A stretch of 32,000 bases of DNA from Candidatus Brocadia sp. (GTDB lineage Bacteria > Planctomycetota > Brocadiia > Brocadiales > Brocadiaceae), in assembly GCA_021650915.1 (NCBI GenBank), contig CP091279.1, positions 3,900,001 to 3,932,000 on the forward strand, given 5' to 3'. The notes below the pieces were generated by a model, which was given only the letters and a program-made list of their open reading frames with translations, searched no databases and was not told the DNA's origin. Below, piece after piece: positions 1 to 9,425 of this stretch (positions are counted from its first letter, which is position 1; the number at the start of each line of letters is the position of its first letter). Both the position numbers and the translations under genes were made by a program.

Positions 1-630
1 TTGATTCATTTTTTTATTCACGTCCCAGATCAATTCCCGGATTTCATGACCGGTCCTGGTATCCAGGTTACCCGTAGGTTCGTCACACAACAATAATTCC
101 GGATTATTAATCAACGCCCTTATGATGGCCACCCGCTGCCTTTCACCGCCAGAGAGTTGAGAAGGCTTGTGCGTTATCCGGTCCCCCAGACCCACTTGTT
201 TCAGCAAAGAAATCGCCCGGTCGGTCTTCCCTTTCGCCGCCGCTCCTCCTTTTAAAAACCTGCTCCCAATAAAGCAGGGCAGCAAAACATTCTCTAAGGC
301 AGTAAAATCAGGCAGGAGATGGTAAAATTGGAAGACAAAGCCAAAAATGCAGTTTCGCATATATGCCTGTCTCTTTGCGTTTAATTCCGTAAGATTTATC
401 CCCTTGTATAGAACGGAACCGGACGTTGGCGTATCTAAAATCCCCAGAATATGCAATAACGTGCTTTTCCCGGCGCCAGAGGCACCCACAATTACGACAA
501 TCTCACCTTTTTTAACGGCTAAATTAATCCCTCGCAAGACAGGCACAGCGCGTTCTCCATTCGTGTATTCCTTGACTAAATCTTTGGCCTGTAAGAGCGT
601 CCCGTTATTTACAATATTCTCAGATACCAT
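1..630 (-). CDS. ABC transporter ATP-binding protein, LolD/MacB-like; its C-terminal end lies beyond the window edge
   Basis: Absent from the ORF track because it is open at the edge. Reverse-strand translation from ATG 630-628 (alternative 636-634) is open down to nt 1: [22 protein letters not shown]... It has Walker [13 protein letters not shown] signature [15 protein letters not shown] and Walker [13 protein letters not shown]. Confidence 0.9.
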   Translation of the reverse strand, partial: MVSENIVNNGTLLQAKDLVKEYTNGERAVPVLRGINLAVKKGEIVVIVGASGAGKSTLLHILGILDTPTSGSVLYKGINLTELNAKRQAYMRNCIFGFVFQFYHLLPDFTALENVLLPCFIGSRFLKGGAAAKGKTDRAISLLKQVGLGDRITHKPSQLSGGERQRVAIIRALINNPELLLCDEPTGNLDTRTGHEIRELIWDVNKKMNQ

Positions 631-719
631 AATCATGTACAATGAACAGTCATTTTAAAATCGCAATGTGCGACTATATCACATCACCAGGTATTAGTCA
701 ATTTTTTATTTATCCCGCG

Positions 720-1322
720 CTACCCCCGCGAGTCGATGCCCTGATTGGCCAAAGCGTCCGCAATGACATTGTCCTCTCTGCGGACGTGTTGAATCTTCCA
801 TGCGGGTATCTTATCCAGTAATTTCACGAGTTCCTGATAGAGCGGGAGGATGTTTGCGCTTTTTACACGGTATGCACCATGAAGCTGCCTCACCAGGAGT
901 TCGCTATCCGTTCTGAAAATTACCTCTTTGGCATGACAGGCAACGGCCTTCCGGGCTGCAAGTATCATGGCCTGATATTCGGCGACGTTATTCGTAGTCT
1001 CTCCAAGAAACCCGCACACCTCCTCGATAAGGTGATAATCCTTATCAAAAATGGCAACACCAATACCCGCCTTGCCCGGATTTCCTCTCGATGCGCCATC
1101 GGTGTGAATAATAAGTTTGCAAAAATCTTTTTGCCCCCGGCGTGGAAGTTCTTCGGGCGCCGAGCAAGAGTCATCCTGCCCTCTTTCTTCCGTCTGGCAA
1201 ATTTCACGAAAGAATGCGTTGATCATTTCTCTGGTAACCGCGGGATTTTCCCTGATCAATTTTTCGGCATCGAGGTATTTCGATATCAACATTATGAATT
1301 CCTGTGGAGACATATTCCCCAT
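720..1322 (-). CDS. RNase HI-domain protein with an approx. 70-aa N-terminal extension
   Basis: 200-aa ORF. The C-terminal approx. 125 aa carry the RNase H DEDD pattern: HTDGASRGNPG, NNVAEYQAM, RTDSELLV, NVIADALAN. Confidence 0.85.
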   Translation of the reverse strand: MGNMSPQEFIMLISKYLDAEKLIRENPAVTREMINAFFREICQTEERGQDDSCSAPEELPRRGQKDFCKLIIHTDGASRGNPGKAGIGVAIFDKDYHLIEEVCGFLGETTNNVAEYQAMILAARKAVACHAKEVIFRTDSELLVRQLHGAYRVKSANILPLYQELVKLLDKIPAWKIQHVRREDNVIADALANQGIDSRG

Positions 1323-1390
1323 GGTATAACAACCCTCCTTGTAAAATTTATGTTAAGGAATTTCAATCTTGTATCATAGCATACCAGACA

Positions 1391-1487
1391 ACCCCCTGAA
1401 TCCCCTTTTGGTAGGGGAGACTTCCCTGTCCCCCGCTGGTGGGGGTAGGGGGTGGATATCCCCCTTAATAAAGGGGGCGAGGGGGTT
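1391..1487. repeat. Cluster of short C5/G5 hairpins
   Basis: CCCCC-gctggt-GGGGG at 1430-1445 and CCCCCTT-aata-AAGGGGG at 1460-1477, with further C5/G5 runs, in the rnh/selB intergenic region. Confidence 0.5.
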
Positions 1488-1520
1488 GTTTATCATGGCA
1501 TTTGCTAGTATCGAAAAGTC

Positions 1521-1548
1521 GTTGGGTTTTTGTCTTTTAAAACCCAAC
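1521..1548. repeat. Palindromic element GTTGGGTTTT / AAAACCCAAC (member of a GGTTGGG...CCCAACC family)
   Basis: Perfect 10-bp stem with an 8-nt loop. Related palindromes occur at 20465-20492 and 23531-23557, with a degenerate one at 20142-20165. Confidence 0.6.
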
Positions 1549-1552
1549 CTAA

Positions 1553-1685
1553 TTTAATTGTATAGGAATTTTCATTTTATTTAAGCTGGTTTGCGGTAGG
1601 GTGGATTAAGCGAGAGCGAATCCACCTTTCCAGGAAATAGTTGTGGTGGATTCGGTGTAAAAACCAACGCCTTAATCCACCCTAC
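1553..1685 (+). repeat. REP-like structured intergenic repeat, copy A
   Basis: Near-identical to 8582-8727. They share tttaattgtataggaattttcattttatttaagc and then gcggtagggtggattaagcgagagcgaatccacc...ggtggattcggtgtaaaaaccaacgccttaatccaccctac. The outer arms GTAGGGTGGATTAAG / CTTAATCCACCCTAC and the inner arms GAATCCACC / GGTGGATTC are inverted repeats. Confidence 0.85.
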
Positions 1686-1782
1686 TCATAATTTGTCATT
1701 CATCATAAAAATCAATTCTAAAAAATCTTTTTCCATAGGGTGAATTGAACGTCAGCGAATCCACCAGAATGCCCTCATCGGC

Positions 1783-3816
1783 TTACAATACTATCCTCAC
1801 GTCACCCGTCCTTTTGGTAAAATGGATGGCATCGAGATACTCGAGCAACGGGACGGCATATTTACGGGTAGTCCTGATCAGATCTCTGAATTGCGCCACA
1901 CTCATAGGGCCGTTTTTGGCGACATGATCCCGAACCAGTTCCTTTATTTTGTTCAGTATCGTTGCGTGAAAATAGAGACCATTCTCAATCATAATGAGCT
2001 TCTTTTGTTCTGCCAGCAACGAGATGGCGGCCTTGCCAGAAGCGCCGAATTTTGTGACGACCTCTTCCGCAAAAGGCGGGGTGAATCCGGCCTTGAGAAA
2101 GGCCTCTTCAATTTTATCTGCCGCGCCCTTGTCTCTTGCTGATACTTCGAGTCTAAAATCCATGAGCGAAAGCTTATTATCCGTAATTTTAATCGCTTTT
2201 TCGTTCTTCAGAACGGAGAGGGCTGCGGTAAAGAGAAATGGATGAAGCTCTTCCCCAGAAATTGATTTCGGACGGGATTCTCCAGCCCTCGCTTTTACCT
2301 TTTTTAGCGCAGGCAGAAGGCCTGTGGCTACCGACGTCCGGAGTTGAGACTCCTCAATCCCTGTTTTTACCGGATTTTCCTTATGAAATGCCTTAAGGGT
2401 ACTCAATATCTGTTCCTTGACAGCGGCAATAACATCACGATGAACAACAATGTCCTTGCCCTCAACAAGAAATTTCAGAAGCAGCCCCTTCTTTACTAGC
2501 CCCGCTATAGCGTCCTCAGCAGTTGAAGGATGAATATTCACCTGTCTTGAAACATCATCAACGGTGGGGGCAAACGGCCGTTCGTCCCTGCAAACGTGGA
2601 TATTATTCAAATAAACCTGTTCTACGATATCAGGAAGATTGCCGCTGGCAAGAATTTTCAGGGTCTTAATCGTCTTTTCCTGAAAGCGTTTTAATCGGGT
2701 TGTATTGTACCTCAGAACCTTGCCGCCGCCGATGGTGTAGGCCGGTGAGTAGGAACGGATAATGAAACGATCTTCCCGCTCGGTGGTAATAAGATCTTCC
2801 AGGAGAACTTGACACAAGACCTCTTCGCCGGGTTTCAACGCATCCCGGTCCAGCAGAACAACTCTGCCCATCACCTCAGCGGTATTCAGGTAAAACCGTA
2901 TCCTTGCCCTGTTTTTTAAAACGGTTTTTGCACTTTTTATCAACCGTAGCAAGGCATCAATGGCGCTCGCCGGCTGTAAGTATCCAGGAACGGAGAGTTC
3001 ATAGCCGCGTTGTATTTCAGCGGATTTAACGCCTGCCAAATTGAGCGCTGCTCGTTGCCCTGCAAAGGCCGAAGTGACCCGTTCTCCGGTTACCTCAATT
3101 CCCCGTACGCGTAAGGCCTTTTTCGTGGGTAAGAGTTCTATTTCATCCTCCACGGCAATCTGGCCACCCAGAACAGGGCCGGTAACGACGCATCCATATC
3201 CGGGAATGGTGAAAGACCGGTCGATGGGCATCCGGAACACACGGCGACTGCTCTGAGTCTGTGCCCGGGCAATCAGCTCTCTTATCGCCGTCTCACAGGT
3301 CTCAATCCCTTCGCCCGTGACTACCGATACCGGGATAATCGGGGCATGCTCCAGGGATGTGCCCGTTACCGTCTTTTTGATATCCTCCTGCACAACCGCC
3401 AGCCATTCATCAGTGACGAGGTCCTTTTTCGTCAGGGCAATAATGCCGTGTCTGATGCCCAGGAGGTTTATGATCTCCAGGTGTTCGATGGTTTGCGGCA
3501 TAATGCCATCATCAGCCGCAACAACGAATATTACGAGGTTAATGCTCGTTGCGCCCGCCAGCATGTTCTTGACAAACCGTTCGTGTCCTGGTACATCCAC
3601 GATGCTCACCCTGCGGTTTTCATTGAGGTCGAGATAGGCGAAGCCCAAATCGATGGTCAATCCCCTTTTCTTTTCTTCGGGCAGCCGGTCGGTATCGATC
3701 CCCGTCAATGCCTTCACGAGGGACGTCTTTCCGTGGTCAATATGCCCCGCCGTTCCGATGATAATGTGCTCGATGTGGTGTGCGCCAGTTGGTTGTTGTA
3801 AGGATGCCTGTTTCAT
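1783..3816 (-). CDS. selB: Selenocysteine-specific translation elongation factor SelB
   Basis: 677 aa. The N-terminal GTPase has GHIDHGKTSL, DVPGHERF and TKKD motifs, followed by EF-Tu-like domains II/III and a long C-terminal extension typical of the SelB winged-helix SECIS-binding region. Confidence 0.92.
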   Translation of the reverse strand: MKQASLQQPTGAHHIEHIIIGTAGHIDHGKTSLVKALTGIDTDRLPEEKKRGLTIDLGFAYLDLNENRRVSIVDVPGHERFVKNMLAGATSINLVIFVVAADDGIMPQTIEHLEIINLLGIRHGIIALTKKDLVTDEWLAVVQEDIKKTVTGTSLEHAPIIPVSVVTGEGIETCETAIRELIARAQTQSSRRVFRMPIDRSFTIPGYGCVVTGPVLGGQIAVEDEIELLPTKKALRVRGIEVTGERVTSAFAGQRAALNLAGVKSAEIQRGYELSVPGYLQPASAIDALLRLIKSAKTVLKNRARIRFYLNTAEVMGRVVLLDRDALKPGEEVLCQVLLEDLITTEREDRFIIRSYSPAYTIGGGKVLRYNTTRLKRFQEKTIKTLKILASGNLPDIVEQVYLNNIHVCRDERPFAPTVDDVSRQVNIHPSTAEDAIAGLVKKGLLLKFLVEGKDIVVHRDVIAAVKEQILSTLKAFHKENPVKTGIEESQLRTSVATGLLPALKKVKARAGESRPKSISGEELHPFLFTAALSVLKNEKAIKITDNKLSLMDFRLEVSARDKGAADKIEEAFLKAGFTPPFAEEVVTKFGASGKAAISLLAEQKKLIMIENGLYFHATILNKIKELVRDHVAKNGPMSVAQFRDLIRTTRKYAVPLLEYLDAIHFTKRTGDVRIVL

Positions 3817-6113
3817 GGCTTTTGATATTTGTTTGCCTTATCGGCAGAAAGATCAGCGTTAAACCTCGACACAAAGACGTCCTCGCATCTATCGTAAGAC
3901 GTATCGTAAGCGCCTGGTGTAACGGGAAAGTCTGTTGACAAAGTTTCTCCGGCCACATAGACGTTTCCCGCAGCGCTGACGGCAAGTGCATGGCCATAAT
4001 CAGAACGAGACCCGCCCTGAAGTGTGGACATGAGCAAATTCGTCAGTTCGCTGTTAAACTTCGATACAAAGACCTCACTACCACCGTTCGACGTGGCAGC
4101 ATAAGCGCCCGGTGTTGTGGGAAAATCCGCTGAGCTCGTACTGCCTGCCACATAGACGTTTCCTTCGGCACCGATGGCAACTGCCCTGCCATAATCATGA
4201 GCATCCCCACCTAGGAGTGTGGATGCGGCCAGACTTGACAATTGATTGTTGAACTTCGAAACGAAAATATCCTTAAAGCCGCTTTTGTAGGCGGCAGCGT
4301 AAGCGCCCTCCGTCGTGGGAAAGTTTGGCGACACCGTTTCACCTGTCACATAGACGTTTCCACTGCCATCGATGGCAATTGACTTGCCAAAATCATTAGA
4401 ATACCCACCGAGAAACGTGGATGCCAGCAGGCTCGTTAGCCCATTATTGAGACTTGACACAAAGACGTCGTCATTGCCACCGTTATAAGAGATACTATAA
4501 GCGCCGGGCGTTGCGGGAAAGTCTCTTGGCCAGGTATTGCCGGTAACAAAGACGTTTCCAGCGCCATCGACGGCAATCGCTCTCCCATAATCACCGGAGC
4601 TGCCGCCTAGGAACGTGGACGCCAGCAGGCTCGTTAGCCCACGGTTGAACTTTGCTACAAAGACGTCACAATAACCGCCGTTGTAAGAGGTGTCGTACGC
4701 GCCAGGCGTCGTAGGAAAATCAGTTGATGAGGTCTCGCCGGTAACCGTGATGTTTCCACCGGTATCAATGGCAATTGCATAGCCACAGTCATCTGCATTT
4801 CCGCCCAGAAGCGTGGACGCTATCAGGTTCGTCAGCCCGTTGTTGAATTTCGACACAAAGACATTCCAACGTCCGTTACTGATCGCATCATACGAACCTC
4901 GCGTTGTGGGAAAGTCCGTTGAATACGTAGCTCCTGCCACATAGACATTTCCTTCGGCGTCGATGGCAATTGAGCAGGTGCGTTCGTGATTGAGAGCCCC
5001 TCCTAGGAACGTGGACGCCAGCAGGTTCGTCAGCTCACTGTTGAACTTTGACACAAAAACGTCGGTATTGCCATTCCGGGATGTACGATAGACACCTGGC
5101 GTCGTAGGAAATTCAGACGATAAGGTTTCGCCGGCCACAAAGACGTTTCCCTCTGCGTCAACGGCAATTGCCCTGCCACGGTCTTCATAAGGACCGCCCA
5201 GGTAGGTGGACGCAAGGAGGGGATCGATAATGAGATCTTTTGTTTTGTCGTACTGCGCAACCTGAAAACCATATTCCGATTTCGGATCTTGGACTTCGGA
5301 TTTCAGATTTGTTTTGCGCTTTGCATTCCTCATTCCACCATCCGCAATCGTATACTTACATGCCACCTCCACTCTCTTGCCATCAATATCTTGATATGCT
5401 ACGGGTCTTGTAAACTTCACGGCGCCAAGTTCCGTCTCTGCAACAAGCTCGCCCTCCGTGTTTACCGTCAATTCCTGCGCGCCTGCCAGTCTGATTCTTA
5501 TCTTCTCATGGTTTGCGCCGGGTTTTACCGTAAAAAGTTTCTCTACGTTATTTCCATGCGCCTTCAGTCGTAAGTCTATCCCTTCATATATCTCTCCCAT
5601 TTCGACAATCTCATACGTTGGTATATTGCTCTGCCAGTGTGATAGGTCATTTCCGGTAAAATAATTTACGGTGGCTACGGATTTCGACCCACCCTTGGCT
5701 TCATTAATCTTGCCGCCCACGAGTTGTTCTTTAAGGGCAACGCCCCTTACATCCTGCACCAGGTGATTTTGTGTCTGATTCCCCCGCCGATCCTTTGTCC
5801 CTTCACATCCATGCCTGCCTTCCGGCAATGCATAGACGATCTCCCCATCCTTGTTCACAAACACCGTTCCGTCAAAGGTCTGCGCATAAAAAAGCACCCT
5901 TTCATCAACCTGACCATAATTGGCTATAAAAGGCGCTTGAACCTTCTGAACTTTAAGGGTTACTGTTTTCTCCAAGAACTTGCCTGTATTGCCTTGTTCA
6001 GCGAAAAGTGACGCTACCGCTAATGGTATCGTTGAGAGAAAAAAAGAAAAGATCGCCATATAACAAAGAGCGCTACCTGCATGAAATACACGACTGCGAG
6101 ACAAGTTTCCCAT
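3813..6113 (-). CDS. Secreted SBBP (beta-propeller) repeat protein
   Basis: 766 aa. It has an N-terminal hydrophobic signal/anchor (AIFSFFLSTIPLAVASLFA), an approx. 270-aa unique domain, and then seven approx. 65-aa repeats of the form LLASTFLGG..DyGrAIAVDaeGNVYVAGeTsStDFPTTPGAY....DVFVSKFN..LT. Confidence 0.85.
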   Translation of the reverse strand: MGNLSRSRVFHAGSALCYMAIFSFFLSTIPLAVASLFAEQGNTGKFLEKTVTLKVQKVQAPFIANYGQVDERVLFYAQTFDGTVFVNKDGEIVYALPEGRHGCEGTKDRRGNQTQNHLVQDVRGVALKEQLVGGKINEAKGGSKSVATVNYFTGNDLSHWQSNIPTYEIVEMGEIYEGIDLRLKAHGNNVEKLFTVKPGANHEKIRIRLAGAQELTVNTEGELVAETELGAVKFTRPVAYQDIDGKRVEVACKYTIADGGMRNAKRKTNLKSEVQDPKSEYGFQVAQYDKTKDLIIDPLLASTYLGGPYEDRGRAIAVDAEGNVFVAGETLSSEFPTTPGVYRTSRNGNTDVFVSKFNSELTNLLASTFLGGALNHERTCSIAIDAEGNVYVAGATYSTDFPTTRGSYDAISNGRWNVFVSKFNNGLTNLIASTLLGGNADDCGYAIAIDTGGNITVTGETSSTDFPTTPGAYDTSYNGGYCDVFVAKFNRGLTSLLASTFLGGSSGDYGRAIAVDGAGNVFVTGNTWPRDFPATPGAYSISYNGGNDDVFVSSLNNGLTSLLASTFLGGYSNDFGKSIAIDGSGNVYVTGETVSPNFPTTEGAYAAAYKSGFKDIFVSKFNNQLSSLAASTLLGGDAHDYGRAVAIGAEGNVYVAGSTSSADFPTTPGAYAATSNGGSEVFVSKFNSELTNLLMSTLQGGSRSDYGHALAVSAAGNVYVAGETLSTDFPVTPGAYDTSYDRCEDVFVSRFNADLSADKANKYQKP
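3848..5219 (-). repeat. Seven tandem SBBP coding repeats (approx. 195 nt each)
   Basis: Periodic recurrence of GNVYVAG / DFPTTPGAY / VFVSKFN blocks in the translated ORF. The matching DNA-level recurrence includes gacgtttcc and tttcgacacaaagac. Confidence 0.8.
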
Positions 6114-6418
6114 TATCTTACAACCTTCCGTCTGAAATTGTTGAAGAAATAAATCCTGAAATCCACCATCCCATCATCTTTCAATAACCGCTGGACAGGT
6201 TTTGCCCTGTTCGGCATCATCAAAGGCCGCCTGCTGTGCCTATACGTGTTTATTATAAATGCAAAGCTTAAAAATCAAAATGCAAAATGATAAAGAGAAA
6301 TTCAGTGGGGAGTCAAGGGACTGGTTTACAGAAATATTTTGGGGAAAAAACGAGTATTTCAGCTATCGAGCTTGGCGTTCAATAGATATTATAAAGTTGA
6401 TACAGCACAATAATGCTG

Positions 6419-6907
6419 TTAGTCCTTTTTCTTTTTAATCTTCTTTTCAATAGCCTTCTGCAATTCAATGCGGTTATCTTCCAGGAAAATCATTATCTCG
6501 CTTACTTCCTCTTCAGTAAGCAAGTCCATACCGTAATGGCTGGCCAAATATCCAAAGCTAAAAGCAAGATTTTGGTCAGCGAATATGCCTTCAGTTTGCT
6601 CTTCTGTGGCCACGTAACTGGTAAGCATCGCTTCTGTTGCCTTATCTACATTAGCTTTCGTTCTTTCAATCCCGCGAAATTTCAGGCAGATAGAAGGCGT
6701 CATATGGAACAAGTCTTTGTCTGAAATCTTCTGGCCCACAAAGATGCCAAATGGTTTTGTTTCGTACGCATCATGATATGCTTCCGCTATTTCATCGACC
6801 CATTTGTCTGGAGTATGCGGTATGTTGGTGGTTTGCCTTCTTCTCATTGCTTTATTTTCTGCTGTTTGGTAACACTTTAGTTTTTTAAAAAAGTACGGGC
6901 GAAGCAT
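6419..6907 (-). CDS. Hypothetical protein (no recognisable motif; likely starts at the internal Met 6847-6845)
   Basis: 162-aa ORF with a lysine-rich tail (KKIKKKKD). No domain was recognised by eye. Confidence 0.4.
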   Translation of the reverse strand: MLRPYFFKKLKCYQTAENKAMRRRQTTNIPHTPDKWVDEIAEAYHDAYETKPFGIFVGQKISDKDLFHMTPSICLKFRGIERTKANVDKATEAMLTSYVATEEQTEGIFADQNLAFSFGYLASHYGMDLLTEEEVSEIMIFLEDNRIELQKAIEKKIKKKKD

Positions 6908-7010
6908 TTGCTAGTGCTTACTTGCAATAATCTGTGATATTATATAAGGCTCTGGAATAAGCGAAAATATTGGCTTTTCAGCGCAAATTTATTATAAAGA
7001 ATTTATGCAA

Positions 7011-7301
7011 TTAGACACTAGCTTGGGGTGTGAACACATTTATGCCAAAATAGTGATGGATTAACTTATCTCTCATTCTTGCCATATTTTTCCAGTCTAC
7101 ATTGCTATGCCTTTCTCTAAAAGCATCTGAAATATTTTTTGTTGCTTCACCAATAATTTCTAAACTTCTAACAGATGCTATTTTTAAAACAGGATTTTTA
7201 TAAAAATCATCTTCAGAAATACTGTTCAGCTCATTTATAATAAACTCTATTTCCTCAAGTATATGTTTTAAATATTCAAGAGGTAATTTTGACATTTTCA
7301 A
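7011..7301 (-). CDS. hepT: HepT/DUF86-type toxin (short C-terminus)
   Basis: 96 aa with an Rx4HxY motif (RDKLIHHY). It overlaps the upstream MNT gene by 26 nt. Only 12 residues follow the motif. Confidence 0.8.
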   Translation of the reverse strand: MKMSKLPLEYLKHILEEIEFIINELNSISEDDFYKNPVLKIASVRSLEIIGEATKNISDAFRERHSNVDWKNMARMRDKLIHHYFGINVFTPQASV

Positions 7302-7605
7302 TTTCTTCTAATCTATGAGGTCCAATATGGGGACTAAGGCTTTCCTTAGTAATCAGCTCATAGTTATTACCTAAATTTTTTTCAAGAAAGTCGCATAGAG
7401 ACGTAAAAGCTCTAAAAGTTTTTTCCTCCTTTTTAAGCTCTACAAGAATATCATAATCGCTATGCTCTGAATCTTCTCCTCTTACAACAGATCCAAAAAT
7501 ACCAATAGATATTACTCCAAGTTCTCTCAGATATTCTTTGTTACTTTCAATAACCGTATAAAATCTCTCTTTTCTTGTCATCTGTCCATTAGTCTTGAAT
7601 ATCAA
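7276..7605 (-). CDS. mntA: MNT-type minimal nucleotidyltransferase antitoxin
   Basis: 109 aa with a GS-x10-DxD nucleotidyltransferase motif (GSVVRGEDSEHSDYDILV). It is paired with HepT. Confidence 0.85.
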   Translation of the reverse strand: MIFKTNGQMTRKERFYTVIESNKEYLRELGVISIGIFGSVVRGEDSEHSDYDILVELKKEEKTFRAFTSLCDFLEKNLGNNYELITKESLSPHIGPHRLEEIENVKITS

Positions 7606-7719
7606 TTAAATACAGCCATAATAGACAAGTAAATTCATTTTCAAAAATATCATATTTTGCGTTTAATTGCAAAGAAAAGGTGAATTATATATATGGAATT
7701 TTGGGAAGATGAAGGCTGA

Positions 7720-7839
7720 CAAGGCGCTTTGCAAAGTGCCTTGAAGAAGTTGGTGTGCCATTGGAAGATGGGAGAGGCATTTACCACTAACGACCAAACT
7801 CACCGGCCGCCGGCGACGAGTGTCGGCAGCGAAGCCGAC
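7720..7839. repeat. Hairpin-forming palindromes 3' of the RAYT pseudogene
   Basis: A 24-nt near-palindrome, caaggcgctttgcaaagtgccttg (7720-7743), and the hairpin gtcggc-agcgaa-gccgac (7822-7839). Confidence 0.5.
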
Positions 7840-7893
7840 GTTCAATAAATCCGACGCATCCGAAATGGAATTCCGGGGACATCATACTTAATT

Positions 7894-8564
7894 TCAGAGA
7901 TTCTTATTTTTCTTTTGAAGCACCTTTGGGCCTGGTTTCTGCTTATTGAGCATTCTCCCAAGGACATTTTCAAGCCTGGCTATAAAACTCTTAGTGCCCA
8001 GTGGTCTCCCGTTCGCTCGTGACATCGAAACTTTTCAACTTCTTCATCTGATATGCCTCTGGAAAGAAAATCACTCCATTCGTCAAACATTTCAAGCAAC
8101 GGAGCTACATGCACAAGTCGATCATCTCGTCCAGCAATGTGTGCAGATGTACTGCTCCATCGGTACTCCTGTGGTTTCTTAACCAAGTTTGCCCTTACAG
8201 GATTCAGTTCAACATAGCGTGCGGCTACGTACAGATGGGTTTTGTCCATGGGAAAAACGTCCTTGCCATAGGTGCCCTCTCCAGCCTTCCCGGAAGTTTA
8301 CGCGACGCGTGTAGCGCCGATGCGCTTCGCCAATTGCCCGGCTAAGTACCTTTTCAGAAGGCGGAACTGCAATCAGGTGTACATGGTTTGGCATCAGGCA
8401 AAATAGGCCAATACTTCAACGTTCCCGTGTGTACACCGCTGAGACATTATGTCTATGTACGCCCCATAATCCTCGTCGCAGAAGAATGTCTGTAAACGGC
8501 GATTTCCTCGCAGAGTAACATGATGCGGAACTTCCGGTACGACTACACGAGTAATTCTGGACAT
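7894..8564 (-). pseudogene. REP-associated tyrosine transposase (RAYT / IS200-IS605 Y1 TnpA-like), decayed by at least three frameshifts
   Basis: The pieces lie in different frames: MSRITRVVVPEVPHHVTLRGNRRLQTFF...AYF | LMPNHVHLIAVPPSE...WQGRF | MDKTHLYVAARYVELNPVRANLV...HERTG | RPLGTKSFIARLENVLGRMLNKQKPGPK. The HxH motif and the RY(V/I)ELNPVRA motif are both present. Confidence 0.8.
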
Positions 8565-8581
8565 GCACACATCTTAACTAT

Positions 8582-8727
8582 TTTAATTGTATAGGAATTT
8601 TCATTTTATTTAAGCGAGTTTTGGGGATGTAGTAGCGGTAGGGTGGATTAAGCGAGAGCGAATCCACCTTTCCTGGAAGTAGTATTGGTGGATTCGGCGT
8701 AAAAACCAACGCCTTAATCCACCCTAC
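8582..8727 (+). repeat. REP-like structured intergenic repeat, copy B
   Basis: Same element as 1553-1685, with a 13-nt longer spacer and a few substitutions. It begins 17 nt upstream of the RAYT pseudogene start codon. Confidence 0.85.
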
Positions 8728-8777
8728 CAGACTGGCTCTGTTTTCTTACCCATACAGACTCCGCACTTGCATTTCAA

Positions 8778-9152
8778 TCATGCAAAACATAGCATTTTAT
8801 AAATCGGTTCTAATGTCTGCGAATATGTATAGAGTGCCATTAAATCTTCTTTATATTGAGGATGTGTTGACACTATTCGCATTTCTTCTATTTTCTGCTC
8901 GATGACGTGAGAAGCTTGTTGTTTTATCGCTTCGAATATTTTTTCTTTTTTCCATGATTTTTTATAATCAAGCTGGTATTGTTCGCAGAGTTCAAGGAGT
9001 TCCTTTTTTGAAAAGCAATTCAGGACTATATTATCCTCCACCGTTTTAATTACTAAACCATGATCCAATAATGCTTTCCTTGTCTCTTTGATATTGATGC
9101 CAAAATTCCTTAATTTATAGGAGGTTAGATGCGGTAAACTTCCGCCACCCAA
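8778..9152 (-). CDS. Hypothetical protein
   Basis: 124-aa ORF with a TTG start as called by the track. No motif was recognised. Confidence 0.3.
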   Translation of the reverse strand: MGGGSLPHLTSYKLRNFGINIKETRKALLDHGLVIKTVEDNIVLNCFSKKELLELCEQYQLDYKKSWKKEKIFEAIKQQASHVIEQKIEEMRIVSTHPQYKEDLMALYTYSQTLEPIYKMLCFA

Positions 9153-9425
9153 TTCAATGACCGTAAAGAGATGGGCGTGCCTTGAAGTATGGGATACCTA
9201 AGTGGTTGAAAATATCACCTCTGCGAGCCTAAATCCTCGTAGAGAAGTTTGTACCTATGCGTATACAATGGAGTAATCCGTGTGCGGAGAAGGATAGCGT
9301 ATTCCCGTGAGGGGTATGACGGAGTTACGAGGTACAGACGACCTTTTGGGGTGTATGAATATGGCGTGTTAGTTCGTGCCAACTGCCCTTTCTCAGTAAA
9401 GCACTGACAAATGTCCTTGTTGGAG

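Noticed and set aside
6259-6438. 59-codon plus-strand ORF (MQSLKIKMQNDKEKF...) in the gap upstream of the SBBP gene.
   Set aside because: It is below the track threshold and low-complexity, with an A-rich repeat-like sequence. It overlaps the 3' end of the minus-strand ORF at 6419 and has no RBS.
9153-9425. GC-balanced non-coding stretch with several stem-like segments (gtgcggagaagg...ccttttggggtgtat), considered as a group II intron end or a structured ncRNA.
   Set aside because: There is no domain V-like consensus, no reverse-transcriptase ORF, and no conserved second copy in the window. It is most likely the degenerate 5' non-coding end of the IS66 fragment that follows.
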